DNA of 63,693 nucleotides, the filler included, from Octopus bimaculoides (taxonomy: Eukaryota): the NCBI RefSeq assembly GCF_001194135.2. It is 9 parts of 7 records of this genome, joined end to end, with 100 filler letters (N's around TTAATTAATTAA, not from the genome) between each part and the next. Parts side by side here need not be neighbours in the genome. Positions count along the whole stretch, not along the records: positions 31,137 to 41,804 come from NC_068981.1; positions 41,905 to 51,363 come from NC_068986.1; positions 51,464 to 53,672 come from NW_026304989.1; 6 more parts are not named here. One strand, 5' to 3'. The translations under genes and the position numbers were made by a program. Below are positions 38,966 to 51,997 of the stretch, in pieces. Every line of letters starts with the position of its first letter. Position 1 is the first letter of the stretch. Under the pieces are notes generated by a model. It saw only the letters and a list, made by a program, of their open reading frames with translations, did no database searches and was not told where the DNA came from.

Positions 38966-40647
38966 CAGTTTTGAGTTCTATTTTCCTGTTTGTATCACTA
39001 AACCTACATACACACATATATATGCATATACATTCGCACGCATAATGGAACTGAGTTAGTGCTTATTTTAAATAACTATTTTTTGTCAAGAGATGCCTGA
39101 TGCATAAATTACTTGCGTTCCACTGCAATATTAGTTACTAATAAATATGCATACAGAGTTCTATGTACATTTGTCTAAGTTTGGTGTGAAATTGAGCCCA
39201 CAGTTCTTTTTGGCAGTATGGCTGTAGAATCTAACTACCCAGTTTCGCCCTTGTTAAAGCTCTTCAAGATCTGTCTGCTTCTGTCTTCCTAGCTACTGAA
39301 AGACAGCATCGGAAAAATTCCCTCTGTTCGGACTCTAGAGATAGACAAGTATGTTCGCAGCTACGCTTACTCGTTTTCTTATATTCAAAAATAGATTTAC
39401 TTCACTCTAATATAATAAAGACAAGTTTATCTCTTGATAAATACACACACACACACACACACACACATACACACATGTATGCACACACAAGCAAGTATCA
39501 TTTAACATGCGTGGAAATGAATTTAACAGATGAGAAAACCATTTATCCATCCATATACAAATAGCAGCGTAGCTCTTTTAGTTGAATATTACGATAATTT
39601 CAGACTTACCTAATAAACATTAGAGATAAGTGAAATTAGATACTAAGGGCAAGCTGTGATTGAACTTGATGCCACTGCTCTGGGGACTATTATCTTGATA
39701 ATAGATGACATTGATCCCCTTACTAATGTATTTATTTCTTTATAAAGATACATACAGATATTTCCGCTTCAAGGTAGCGTGTTTACATATATACATATAC
39801 ATGTGCATGCATGCAAACTTCCATCCATCCATCCATCCATCCATCCATCCATATATACATACATACATACATACATACATACATACATACATACATTCAT
39901 CCAGCCAGCCATACATACATACATGCAGGTATAGATACATATAGGTATAAACGTATATCTACACATATATTCATATATATAGATATATGTAAAATATGTA
40001 TATACATATCTGTACGTATATCAACATACGCGCATACACTTACGTACGAACATCCAAATGAATGCAAACACGTACGCACATGTACCTATCTACTTACATG
40101 CATATGTACATACAAATATATATACACACACCTCACACGCACTCACTCATACACACATCAGAATGGACAATAATATACTCAGGTTCTCCCATCACGTTTG
40201 TCCAGCACATTTGCAAAATAAATTAATAAGAAAAAAAGATAAATAAATAAATAAATAAAATGCAGGTCAAATGAAGGAGATCAAGTCGGTATATTTTTAT
40301 TTGAACTTTCTTTATTTGGTTCATAAACACTAGAGAAATTAATGATTTAATTCATTTTAAATGTAGGTTGATGGGTAAAGCCGATTTAGCGACATTTAGT
40401 TGTTGCCTTTAAAGCTCTCAGTTCAAATCTCATCGAAGTGCACTTTACGTTTCGTCTTTCTGAGGATGATATGATATTTTGCATAGCAGGTAATTGATAC
40501 GCGACAATTTATTGTTTAAATTATACCATGTATGTATGTATGCATATATGCATGTATGCATATATGCATGTATGCATATATGCATGTATGCATATATGCA
40601 TGTATGCATGTTCTGACAGGGGTCACCACTCTAATAATAATAATAAT

Positions 40648-40860
40648 GGTTTCAAATTTTGCCACAAGGGCAGCCATTTTTGTGGGAGGGGATGTGTCGA
40701 TTACATTGACACTCAGTATTAAACTGGTACTTAATTTATCGACCCCCAGAGTATGAAAGGCAAACTCGACTTCGGCGGAATTTGAACTTAGAACGTAGCA
40801 GCAGGCGAAATACCACTAAGCATTTCGCCCGGCGTGCTAACGATTCTGCCAGCTCGCCTC
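40648..40860 (-). mobile_element. SINE family A flanked by (TAA)n and (CTT)n(AAT)n(GAT)n
   Basis: Direct match to the other family A copies; trinucleotide tracts at 40632-40647 and 40860-41000. Confidence 0.88.
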
Positions 40861-40893
40861 CTTCTTCTTCTTCTTCTTCTTCTTCTTCTTCTT

Positions 40894-40924
<31 letters not shown>

Positions 40925-40942
40925 ATAATAATAATAATAATG

Positions 40943-40976
<34 letters not shown>

Positions 40977-41129
40977 TGATGATGATGATGATGATGATAA
41001 TAATACGTCTGTCTTTATTGGCCACCTTGGCCGAACCCAAAACATAAAGGACGAGGTGCAGACCAGGGACAGTAAGGTTAAACGTGTAAACAGCCAAGAA
41101 ACACAACGATTAACAAAGAGATTAAATTA

Positions 41130-41804
41130 ATAATATGCTTCCCCAATAGGGGAGAGATCCACCATAAGGTGACCAAAGAGATCTCACGCACTTTGGCTCG
41201 CTTAACACCAACGGCTGCTTAGGAAGGCATCCCCTCTTCTTCCTTCCATCCGGCTGACAGGCGCACACTTAGAGTAGGCCCATTCACGCAGGCCATTCTT
41301 GCCACATTCACCCACCTTTGAACAAACTTACTGGGTGACAGCACCTCCCTCTCCAGCCTCAATTTCCTTTTGAGGAGGAACCTGAAAAAAGTCAATGGAG
41401 CCTTGGCCAAATAGGAAAGTACCCGTCCTCAACCATTTCAGTCGCCTCCACCATACAACCTCTTTTGCCATAGCCACCAGGCAGAAAAATTTCCCTCCCT
41501 TCCCGGCCAAAGGAAGGAGACGGGGTGATCTTCACAATGAACTCGGACGATAGCTGGATCCATCCTATAGTGACAATAGCTGTTCAACAAAGCTCCACAA
41601 GTCAGCAATGCGCGGACACTGTACGAGAGCATGCAGAACGGTTTTCATCGCTCCCTGTGCATCTCGGATAAGTCCGATTGACTACACACCCGTGCCTGTA
41701 GAGCTTATCTCGAACCGCCAGCGCCCCCCCCCCTGGTAGCACTGCCAGGCCAGGAATTTCTGGAAGTTATCCATAGTACCTTTCCTGAAAGTCCTCCGGA
41801 AGAG
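41130..41804 (-). mobile_element. L1/Tx1-clade LINE 3' end (ORF2 C-terminal zinc-finger region, frameshifted)
   Basis: FLAWQCYQGGALAVRDKLYRHG...YPRC..SDEN; FCLVAMAKEVVWWRRLK; LKRKLRLEREVLSPSKFVQRWVNVARM. Confidence 0.82.
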
Positions 41805-41904
41805 NNNNNNNNNNNNNNNNNNNNNNNNNNNNNNNNNNNNNNNNNNNNTTAATTAATTAANNNNNNNNNNNNNNNNNNNNNNNNNNNNNNNNNNNNNNNN
41901 NNNN

Positions 41905-42030
41905 GGCAAAAGAGATCGATAGAATAAGTACTAGGCTTACAAAGAATAAGTCCTGGGGTCGATTTGCTCGACTAAAGGCGGTGCTCCTGCATGGCCACAG
42001 TCACATGACTGAAACAAATAAAAGATTAAA
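41905..42030 (+). mobile_element. SINE tail module C
   Basis: ggcaaaagagatcgatagaataagtactaggcttac...ggcggtgctcctgcatggccacagtcacatgactgaaac. Confidence 0.85.
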
Positions 42031-42036
42031 AACAAG

Positions 42037-42081
<45 letters not shown>

Positions 42082-42486
42082 TACATATAAACATAAGCAC
42101 ACACACACACACAAATGTTTGTGTGGATGGATGGACAGATAAACAGACAGACAGACAGACAGACACACAGATAGAAGGGTGTGTGCACCCTATAAGCCTT
42201 TGCAGTACCTCGCCACTCCTCCAGAGTTAATTGTTAGGTCAATTTTCTGTTACAACACAAGCTGAACTGACAATTGTCATCTTGCTGAAAGTTTGCTGTC
42301 ATCACAGTTACAAATGACCCCACTAAAATATTTTAGCCCCACCCTCACCCTCACCCCATTTACAAAGAATTCCGCAAGTGAAATAAATACGAGTGCAGTA
42401 AGTAGAATAGAATAACAAAAACACAAAGTAAAGAAAGAAAATGTTAGGTGTTGGTGATGAAGTTTATTCTCATAGAACAGATATAT

Positions 42487-42965
42487 ATCATCATCATCAT
42501 CATCATCATCATCGTTTAATGTCCGCTTTCCATGCTAGCATGGGTTGAACGATTTGACTGAGGACTGGTGAACCAGATGGCTACACCAGGCTCCAATCTG
42601 ATTTGGCAGAGTTTCTACAGCTGGATGTCCTTCCTAACGCCAACCACTCTGGGAGTGTAATGGGTGNNNNNNNNNNNNNNNNNNNNNNNNNNNTCTCGCT
42701 CGAATGTCTTTACACGTGCCAGGAAGGCGACGCTGGGCACAGGTGCCATCACGATTTCGCTTTCGCTTGCCCCAACAGGTCTTCGCAAACAGAGTTTCAC
42801 ATCCAATGAAGGAGACGATGTTGGCATGGGTGCCAGTCGTCGAATTTAGTTCGATTTCGATTTCACTTGCCTCAACAGGTCCTCGCAAGCAGAGTTTAGT
42901 GTCCAATGAAGAAAAGGTACGCATAAGTGGGCTGGCTACACCTCTGGCAGAGGCCTTGGGTTTAG
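42487..42965 (-). mobile_element. RTE-derived 3' end/non-autonomous copy with an internal ~100-bp duplication and (GAT)n tail
   Basis: catcatcatcgtttaatgtccgctttccatgctagcatgggttg; the segment ttcgcttgccccaacaggtcttcgcaaacagagttt occurs twice. Confidence 0.8.
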
Positions 42966-43164
42966 GTCTCATATATATATATATATATATATATATGTGG
43001 AAGTTATGCTATAATAACCACCCTATGTAAGGCAATTACAACCCTATAAATGTAGTTATTTCAGAAATCCATTGCTTTCAATAAACACCCGAAGCAAAAG
43101 GGGTTAGAATTAAGATCTTAAGAAAATTATACAATTACACAGATGATGATTTTGAAAGGGAATA

Positions 43165-44390
43165 TATATCATCATCATCATCATCATCATTGTTTAATGT
43201 CTGTTGTCTATGTTGGCATGGGTTGGATGGTTTGACCAGGGCTGGTAAGCTGGATGGCTGCACCAGACTCCAGTCTGATTTGGCATGGATGCCCTTCCTA
43301 ATGCCGGCTACTCCAATATTGTAATGGGTGCTTTTACATGCCACCAGAACAGGTGCCATTTGCACGACACTGATATCTGCCATGACTGTAAATTTACTTG
43401 GCTTGATGGGCCTTCTTCTCAAGCCAAAGGTCTTAGTCATTGCCTCCATGAGGCCCAACACTTGAAAGGAGTTCAGTCACTTNNNNNNNNNNNNNNNNNN
43501 NNNNNNNNNNNNNNNNNNNNNNNNNNNNNNNNNNNNNNNNNNNNNNNNNNNNNNNNNNNNNNNNNNNNNNNNNNNNNNNNNNNNNNNNNNNNNNNNNNNN
43601 NNNNNNNNNNNNNNNNNNNNNNNNNNNNNNNNNNNNNNNNNNNNNNNNNNNNNNNNNNNNNNNNNNNNNNNNNNNNNNNNNNNNNNNNNNNNNNNNNNNN
43701 NNNNNNNNNNNNNNNNNNNNNNNNNNNNNNNNNNNNNNNNNNNNNNNNNNNNNNNNNNNNNNNNNNNNNNNNNNNNNNNNNNNNNNNNNNNNNNNNNNNN
43801 NNNNNNNNNNNNNNNNNNNNNNNNNNNNNNNNNNNNNNNNNNNNNNNNNNNNNNNNNNNNNNNNNNNNNNNNNNNNNNNNNNNNNNNNNNNNNNNNNNNN
43901 NNNNNNNNNNNNNNNNNNNNNNNNNNNNNNNNNNNNNNNNNNNNNNNNNNNNNNNNNNNNNNNNNNNNNNNNNNNNNNNNNNNNNNNNNNNNNNNNNNNN
44001 NNNNNNNNNNNNNNNNNNNNNNNNNNNNNNNNNNNNNNNNNNNNNNNNNNNNNNNNNNNNNNNNNNNNNNNNNNNNNNNNNNNNNNNNNNNNNNNNNNNN
44101 NNNNNNNNNNNNNNNNNNNNNNNNNNNNNNNNNNNNNNNNNNNNNNNNNNNNNNNNNNNNNNNNNNNNNNNNNNNNNNNNNNNNNNNNNNNNNNNNNNNN
44201 NNNNNNNNNNNNNNNNNNNNNNNNNNNNNNNNNNNNNNNNNNNNNTTTGCCTCCATCGGGCCCTCAAAAGGAGCTCAGCCACTTTGCCTCCATCGGGCCC
44301 TCAAAAGGAGCTCAGCCACTTTGCCTCCATTGATCCCAACATTTGAAAGGAGCTCAGTCATTTTGCTTCCGTCGGGCCCAACACAATAGA
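43165..44390 (-). mobile_element. RTE 3' end with a ~37-bp subrepeat array spanning a 763-N gap
   Basis: Same 3' UTR as 2948-3818; the unit ttgcctcc(a/g)t..ggccc..ca...aaaggagctcagccac occurs on both sides of the gap. Confidence 0.75.
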
Positions 44391-44689
44391 CTTCTTTCAG
44401 TTTCCGTCTATCCCACAGCCATGCCATACATATTTTGCCAGTCAAAGTAATCCATGCCAGGCCAGTAGAGTGGGGGAGGAAGGTCACAATAAAAGTCATA
44501 CTGAATTTGTTAGTTAATTGCTTTGAAGTAGTTTTACACAGACTAAAGTAGAACAAACTTCAACCCACATATTTTTCATAATACTTAAGTCATATCACTT
44601 CATAGATTATTGAAATGTATACGCATATATTACTTGAAGTCATTAGACTGCAGCTATGCCTCAAAAGAATTTTTCGGTGAAGGATTCAA

Positions 44690-44965
44690 CCCTGGTGCTT
44701 TTTTGTTTGGAAAGCCTGGTACTTATTCTATTGGTCTGTTTTGCCAGACTGCTCTACTGTGGGGACATAAACATACCAACATAAGGGAAAACACAATGAC
44801 ACACACAACAGGCTTCTTTTAATTTCAGTTTACCAAATCCACTCACAAGGCTTTGGTCGGCCCAAGGCTATACAAGAAGACAATTGCCCAAGGTGCCACA
44901 CAGTGGGACTGAACCCGGCACCATGTGGTCGGGAAGCAAGCTTCTTACCACACAGACATGCCTGC
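44690..44965 (-). mobile_element. Composite SINE (C fragment + B)
   Basis: gcctggtacttattctattggtc... followed by aatccactcacaaggctttggtcggccc...cacagtgggactgaacccggc. Confidence 0.8.
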
Positions 44966-44966
44966 A

Positions 44967-45001
<35 letters not shown>

Positions 45002-45227
45002 AGAAAAGATAAGCTCTATAAGATAGGGAATAGGGGCAATTGCTTTACTGCCTGTAAACTTGATATTCCCTGATTAAAAGGGTTTAAAAAGTGGTACACG
45101 ATCAACCTTAACAAGGATTTGAACTCAAGACTGACCTCAATGAATATGGACTACTTCTGACCAAGCTGTATTTGTTCAGTAGCATATTAATCTTAGGTAT
45201 ATGTGTGGGGGTGGTAGGAAGAGCACA

Positions 45228-45865
45228 GACGTGGCTGTATGGTTAAGAGCAGCACTTTCCAAGCCAATGGTTTCAAGTTCAAACCAACTGTGCAACACCT
45301 TGGGCAAGTACCTTCTACTACAGCCCTGAACCATCACAGCCTTGCGAGAGAATTGGGTTGACAGAAAACAAGAGAAACCCATTGTGTATGTGTACATGTG
45401 TACTCTACAAAGGACAGGAGCTACATGCATTGTTGTTGATGTTGTCACTTCTGTCAACAAACTGTCTTTCTGTCTTTCAAGACCCGTGAAGTAAGAGGTA
45501 AAGCTTGGCAACAGAAGAACAGCAGTCAACTGCCTGAAAGGATGAAAGGCAACATTGACTTTGGTGGGATTTGAACTCAGAACATACACAACTGAAAGAA
45601 ATGCTGCTAAGCATTTCATTCCGTGCAGTAATGATTCTACCAGCTTTGCCACGTTCATAAAGATGACAATTCTTTCTACTAAAAGCACAAGGTCTGATAT
45701 TTTGTGGGTAGGGGAAAGTCAGGGGCTCAATTGGTGCTTGTTTTACCAATTCAGTAAGGGAAGGCAAAAATCAACTTCTATGGCATTTGAATTCAGAATG
45801 GAGAGCTAAAAGAAATGGTGCTAAGTATTTCGTCCAACGCAGTAACAATTCTGCCAGCTCACATC
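45228..45865. mobile_element. Cluster of CpG-decayed SINEs (B + at 45228-45400; A - at 45510-45650 and 45670-45865)
   Basis: Recognisable family A and B motifs with CpG replaced by TpG/CpA. Confidence 0.75.
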
Positions 45866-46314
45866 TTTAATAACAATAATAATACTAACAATAAAGAATC
45901 TAGTGAAACTATATTACGGATAAACCATAGCTCCAAGACAGCACAATTTTTGACCATTCAACAGCGCATATACAAAATAATGAATGAAATCAATAAAGCA
46001 GTGAGATAGTGCAGCTAGTGATACACTGCCGCAAGTCTTAACATGTTTACATAAGCGCTAATGGAAAACAATAGCAATTATATAGCTGTTTGCAGCATGC
46101 CTCATCACCCCCACCGTCATCATCTTTGTTGTCATGTCGACATCATCAGCAGCAGCATGTTCCACGATTTGGATAAATCTGAGAATGTATCATGATATAA
46201 ACTTAATGGTGGATCTCCTTCATACAACGAAGAAGATTCAGTTGTTGTTTGATCAATTGGATTATTCGTCCCTGAATTAATAAGCGGTCGAGCACCTTAC
46301 AGACATGTTCTTTT

Positions 46315-46780
46315 CACTTTCGCTTGTTTCTGCCATTTGACTGTGGCCATGCTGGAGCACCACCTTGACGGGTTTTAGCCGAAAAAAATTGACCCCAGAA
46401 CTAGGACTTATTCTATCGGTCTCTTTTGCTGAACCGTTAAGTTATGGGGACATAAACAAACCAACACTGGTTGTCAAACAGTAATGGGGAACAAACACAC
46501 ACACATACATACATACATACACACCGTCCAACCCATGCTAGCATGGAAAGTAGACATTAAACGATGATGATGATGACACATATATACATATGCACACACA
46601 CACACACACACATATACGACGGGCTTCTTTTAGTTTCCATCCACTAAATCCACTCAAAAGGATTTGGTTGGCCTGAGGCTATAGTAGAAGACACTTGTCC
46701 AAGGTGCCACACAGTGGGACTGAACCCGGATCCATGCTGTTGGGAAGCAAGCTTCTTACCACACAGCCATGCCTGCGCCT
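46315..46780 (-). mobile_element. Composite SINE B+C with an RTE-type 3' tail (46525-46578) nested in its internal microsatellite
   Basis: C at 46315-46500, (CATA)n, ccgtccaacccatgctagcatggaaagtagacattaaacgatgatgatg, (CA)n, B at 46615-46780. Confidence 0.82.
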
Positions 46781-46912
46781 TTACTGTTTAGAAGTGACAC
46801 TGGTGCACAGTTGAATTTTAGAATTTTCTCAAGTGTAATTCCACAATTACTCTGAAGAAATTTATGGCCATGTTATGTTCCTGTGAAATACCCAAGTGGC
46901 AATTTTTTATAG

Positions 46913-47037
46913 ATTACGAAACCCAATCCATTTCTGGTACTTATTTCAATAAACGAAACATATAAAGGCACACAAATGCCAGTTGGTAGTATTAAACCAG
47001 ACAATAAATTATATCTACCACCAAGAGAATTTCTATT
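46913..47037 (+). other. Candidate coding exon, unidentified
   Basis: ttttttatAG acceptor and TT|GTAAGA donor; 125 bp open, reading ITKPNPFLVLISINETYKGTQMPVGSIKPDNKLYLPPREFL. The antisense frame is also open. Confidence 0.3.
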
Positions 47038-47107
47038 GTAAGATACTGCAGCACAAGCCATAATTGCTAACTTTTGAAGAAAAATTCCAGCATAAAAAGG
47101 TTTTTAA

Positions 47108-47305
47108 CCCTTTTCATACCAACCCACCTCAGATGACCTCTGGTCCTATGTTATAAACTTCTCATTTTAAAGTAATCTAAATTTAAGCCTCCCATCACAA
47201 TTTCATTTTGTGTTCCAAATACCAGCTTAATTAAGACAAAGTTATTTTAGTAAACTAACTGAAATAGAGCCAGTGTATTTTGACAGAAATATGGTAACTA
47301 AAGGG
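47108..47305. mobile_element. piggyBac-type MITE
   Basis: TTAA|CCCTTT ... AAAGGG|TTAA: TTAA at 47104-7 and 47306-9. Confidence 0.7.
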
Positions 47306-47869
47306 TTAAAATCATCAAAATAATTTTCTTTTCTTTTTTATTTTTACTCAGCAGATTAATAATTAAGATATTTTACTAAATTCACTATTTCCAAAATTAA
47401 TTGAAACAAAGGTTGTGAATTTCAACAGTAAAAAAAAAAAAATTGGTTTCATGTTAAGACTACAAAGTAAGCATTAAGAGATTGAATGTGATTCATTGTT
47501 AGTAAGATAACTGAACTTAAGCTACTAGTTTCATTTAAACAATGTATTGACTTAATTACACAGCAAATGATAACTATTTGTAGTATGAGGTAAAATATTT
47601 AGTCTCCCTCCGCCTGAGAGGCACACTAAGTAGTACATGGGTTACAAAGATAGGACGTTATACTAGAGATTAAAAGGCCAAGTTCAGGCGTTGCCACAAG
47701 TGTTCTTCTTGTAGGCCCAGGTGAAGACAGATTTGTACCTTACTCTCCTACCACCACCCAGAAAAATAGGTGTCACTCAATCTTTACAGGTGAAAAGGAA
47801 AAGAACAAAAAGAACCATGAAACTGGAAGAAAGTTGGTTACCAAACTAGTTCCTGGCTTTGGGTAAAAG

Positions 47870-48045
47870 AAAATACAGGAGGATCAGTTAATTATGATTT
47901 TATTCAACATATTCCCCTCCCAGATTCACACACTTATTGCAGCAGTCCATCAGTTTTTCTAAGCCCTATAAAAGAACTCAGAAAGTTGATTCTCCAACCA
48001 GGAATTCTGCAAAACCCTTAAAGCCAGGAACTTTTCACCATCCCT
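47870..48045 (-). mobile_element. Mariner 3' remnant
   Basis: Homologous to 5465-5645 (cagttaattatgattttatt.aacatattcccctc...). Confidence 0.6.
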
Positions 48046-48217
48046 TCATATGTCTTTGTTTCAATTAATTTAGAAAATATTAATGATTTAATAAATAGCA
48101 TAGTCGCTATTAAGCTGCTGTTTGGAACATAAGCATGAGACTTCGATAAAAGATTTCAATTCAAATCAGTTTAAAACAGAACGGTCCCAGGCTCTGGTAG
48201 GCTTGTATCTAAAGAGG

Positions 48218-48435
48218 TTAACACTTTAGCATTCAGGCTTTTCTATCAAACGTAATACTTATTCATTCATACTGTTTTAAATTAATCAAACATTATCTAG
48301 CAGCTTTGAGATTTTGATACGATTATTTTATGAATGACATTGTAAGGTAGGTGTGAGAAGCCAGTTCTGGTTGGTTTGAACATAAAACAAGAAGAATATT
48401 CGAGCCAGATATGGCTGTCTAAATTCTAAACGGTT
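48218..48435. mobile_element. piggyBac-type MITE, decayed
   Basis: ttaacactttagcattca ... aaattctaaacggtta: imperfect TIRs with TTAA-like flanks. Confidence 0.45.
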
Positions 48436-48859
48436 ATATTTTGTTATTTACATAACTGAAATTAGGTGTTAATGGTGGGCATTAGGAGGGGCATCCTGCA
48501 AAAAGAAAACCCATGCCAAAGTAGATATTGGTGTATGACACAATTTTCCAAATTGTCAAACTTTGTAGAACCATGCATTCCATGTCAGCATTGAAGCCAG
48601 ACATCAAATGATGATGATGATGATGATGATGGTATTCAGAAATCTAGACGAGAAAGTAAAGACCAAAAGAAGCAATAAAACAAATGGAAAAGGATTTCCT
48701 CAAACCAACGAAGACTGTAGAAATGGTGGTGATGTGAAAAAAAGTGGAATCAGAGCTTTTGGTGTCCTTGTGTCTATGTAGAGTGAAGTGTTCACAGCTG
48801 TGGATAAAATATTCAGCTGGATTTGAGATGGGAAGAGAGGAAAGAGTGCGTGTTTGAGA

Positions 48860-48890
<31 letters not shown>

Positions 48891-49744
48891 AGTGCATGGG
48901 TGCATGTGCGAGTTTATGTGAGTGAGTACGTGATTGTGCATGAGTGCATGTGCATGGGTACACATGCATGTGCAAGTGCATGAGTGAGTGTGTGAGTGCA
49001 TGTGCATATGTACGAGCATGTAAGTGCATGTGCGAATGCAAGAGTGTGTGACTGCATGCATGAGTGAGTGGATGCATGAGTGTGTGTGTGTGTGTGTGTA
49101 TGTGTGAGTGAGTGCGTCTCAGTCTCCTTCTCTTGATACAACATGATAATTGTAAATGAACATCACTGTCATACAAGCAGTGTCCTTCATTTCCAATATT
49201 CTGTGTAAACATGTCTGGCCTTGGGGAAATATTGCCTCACTTGAAAATAGGTGTGGGTTGGCAACATGGGGGTGGCGGTATTTGGCTGTAGAAAATCTGC
49301 CTAAGAAAAAATCTCCATCTGACCCATGCAAGCATGGAAAAGTGAACATTAAAATGATGACGATGACGATACATTACATAAAACCAAATAACGTCAAAAT
49401 ATTGGTCAACGTATCCACCACTCATATCTGATTCTCAAACTAAAAACAGGGCAGTGAACTCACACTAGTGCAAATCAAATTAACTGTAAACAGATCTGAA
49501 GTGTCAGTAGGAGCACTGTATGATCGCTGAGTGTTTTACTTTGCTTTCAATACTGAGACTAAATCCAAACATTGCTACAATCACCTGCCCTCGATACACT
49601 GCATATATGTAAAGGATGAGAAAATACATCGAGACCCCCATCATATATGTCAATGGTTAGCAACTGGGTCAGGGTATTTACATGTAAAAACACTTAAAAA
49701 TAAAAAAAAATATTCTACCCATGCAAGCAAAACAAATATATATA

Positions 49745-49987
49745 TATTGGGTTGGTGCATAATTATTGTGGCTTTTTTTCAACAAAAACAACAACAACAT
49801 GTAACAAAAAACATCTTTAAATGATTATTCCAGAGCATATTCACCATCTACTTCAATCACTGCTTCCCATTTGCTTGGCAGACGGTCAGACCGTCATTTA
49901 AAGATGTTTTTGCTAAATATTGTTATTGCTTTTGCTGGATAAAATTTGTTGGAAAAAAAACTATAATAATTATGCATCAACCCAATA
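49745..49987 (-). mobile_element. Internally deleted mariner (MITE) with ~40-bp TIRs
   Basis: tattgggttggtgcataattatt... and ...ataattatgcatcaacccaata; the interior encodes DRLPSKWEAVIEVDGEYALE* (mariner C-terminus). Confidence 0.88.
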
Positions 49988-49989
49988 CA

Positions 49990-50375
49990 TCATCATCATT
50001 TAATATGTTTTCCATGCTGACATGGGTTGGATGGTTTGACCGGGGAGGGGGTCTGGGAAGCCAGGAGGCTGCACCAGGCTTCAATCTGATCTGGCAGTGT
50101 TTCTACAGCTGGATGCCTTTCCTAACGCCAACCATTCCACGAGTGTCGTGGGTGCTTTTTACGTGCCACCGGCACAGGGTCCAGTTAAAGTGGCACTGGC
50201 ATCAGCCACGTTTGGATAGTGCTTTTTACATGCCACCGGCACAGGAGCCAGTCAGGACGAGGGGGCTGACATCGACCACATTTGGATGGTGCTTTTTATA
50301 TGCCACTGGCATGGGGAGACAGTCAGGCGGCGCTGGCATCAGCCACAACTACAATTTCCATTTGATTGTGGTTTG
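49990..50375 (-). mobile_element. RTE-related non-autonomous element/SINE with (GAT)n tail
   Basis: catcatcatttaatatgttttccatgctgacatgggttggatgg...ggatgcctttcctaacgccaacc; internal repeats gtgctttttac(g/a)tgccaccggcac. Confidence 0.75.
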
Positions 50376-50901
50376 ATTTGATTTTGATATATATATAAAA
50401 CAAAGAAATCAATTTAAAAAATGCAGGGTAATTAAATTGCCTAATTAAAATCAAAAGAGTAATACTTTGAAACATTATCCAAAGTAATTAGTCATTAGGG
50501 AGAAACTCTTTGAAATAAAGAGATTTACTCTCAAACAAATTCAAATATATTTAATAATTAAGGTCCTAAGGGAAATTTACTAAATTTATGTGGTCCTTCT
50601 CTAAATTAAGGGTTTAGTTTTATTCCCATTTTTATTAATTTGTTCATTAAATTTATATTTCCAATAGGTACAGGCATGGTTGTGTGGTTAAGCAGTTCAC
50701 TTGCCAACCATGTGGTTTCAAGTTCAATCCCACTACAAGGTACTTGGGCAAATGTTTTTTACTCAATGGATTGGGTAGATTATAAATATACATGCATGCG
50801 CATGCATGTGTGTGTATATATATGTATGTGTGTGTGTTCTATATGTACATGTAGATGAAGGTATGTACATACATGTACATACATATGCATATACTCATAT
50901 T

Positions 50902-50953
<52 letters not shown>

Positions 50954-51463
50954 ATATGAACCATCAGACACACATACGGTTGCTTACACACACACACACA
51001 CACACACACCACAAGGGTATTTAAAACACACTCACTCAGACAGAGAGAGACACACACTCACGTACACACACACTCCCACACACACACACAGATGCACACA
51101 TACATACACACACAGACGCACACATATGTACACACCCTCACACATACATACGGTTGCTCTCTCTCACACACATACACCACAAGGACGATTAAAACAACAC
51201 ATACATACTCAGAAAAATAGATATACGCACACTCTCACGTACACACACCTAACATCCCCACCGACACAAAAAACACACAAACACACATACACACGCACAC
51301 ACACGAACAAACACATATACACATGCGCACACACAACACCCTAACAAATATTAATCACACACANNNNNNNNNNNNNNNNNNNNNNNNNNNNNNNNNNNNN
51401 NNNNNNNTTAATTAATTAANNNNNNNNNNNNNNNNNNNNNNNNNNNNNNNNNNNNNNNNNNNN

Positions 51464-51997
51464 ATGGTCTCCCTTCATGGCAGAATTAATAGTCAAGACT
51501 ATTTAAGCATTTTCTTTGATCAAATTCATCCTATGGTTGCAGAATTGTTTCCAAAAGGAAACACAATCTTTCAGAATGATAATGCACCAATTCACACAGC
51601 TAAAGTTGTTACTGAATAGCACAAGGAACATTCTATTGAAGTTGAACATCTTATCTGGCCACCACAGTCCCCAGGTCTNNNNNNNNNNTATTGAAGTTGA
51701 ACATCTTATCTGGCCACCACAGTCCCCAGGTCTCAATATTATTGAACATTTATGGTGCATTTTAGAAAAACAAGTAAGGAGTCGATATCCTCCACCATCA
51801 TCACCACAAGAAGTTTTAACTGAAGAATAGACAAATATTCCTTTGGAAACAATTCAAACTTTGTATAAGTCCATACCTCATAGAATTCAAGCTGTAATTA
51901 CTGTTTGAAATTTTAATTGTAATTGTAATTTAATTGTAATTACTGTTTGAAATTGTTTGAAATTTTAAGGTGTTTCCATTATTTTGTCCAAGCCCTG
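51464..51997 (+). mobile_element. Tc1 (DD34E-type) transposon 3' half with TIR
   Basis: LHGRINSQDYL...IFQNDNAPIHTAKVV...WPPQSPGLNIIEHLWCILEKQVRSRYPPPSS...SIPHRIQAVI; TIR ggtgtttccattattttgtccaagccctg|ta. Confidence 0.9.

Noticed and set aside
44246-44390. CRISPR-like regularly spaced repeats
   Set aside because: Head-to-tail units without unique spacers, derived from RTE, in a eukaryotic context with no cas genes.
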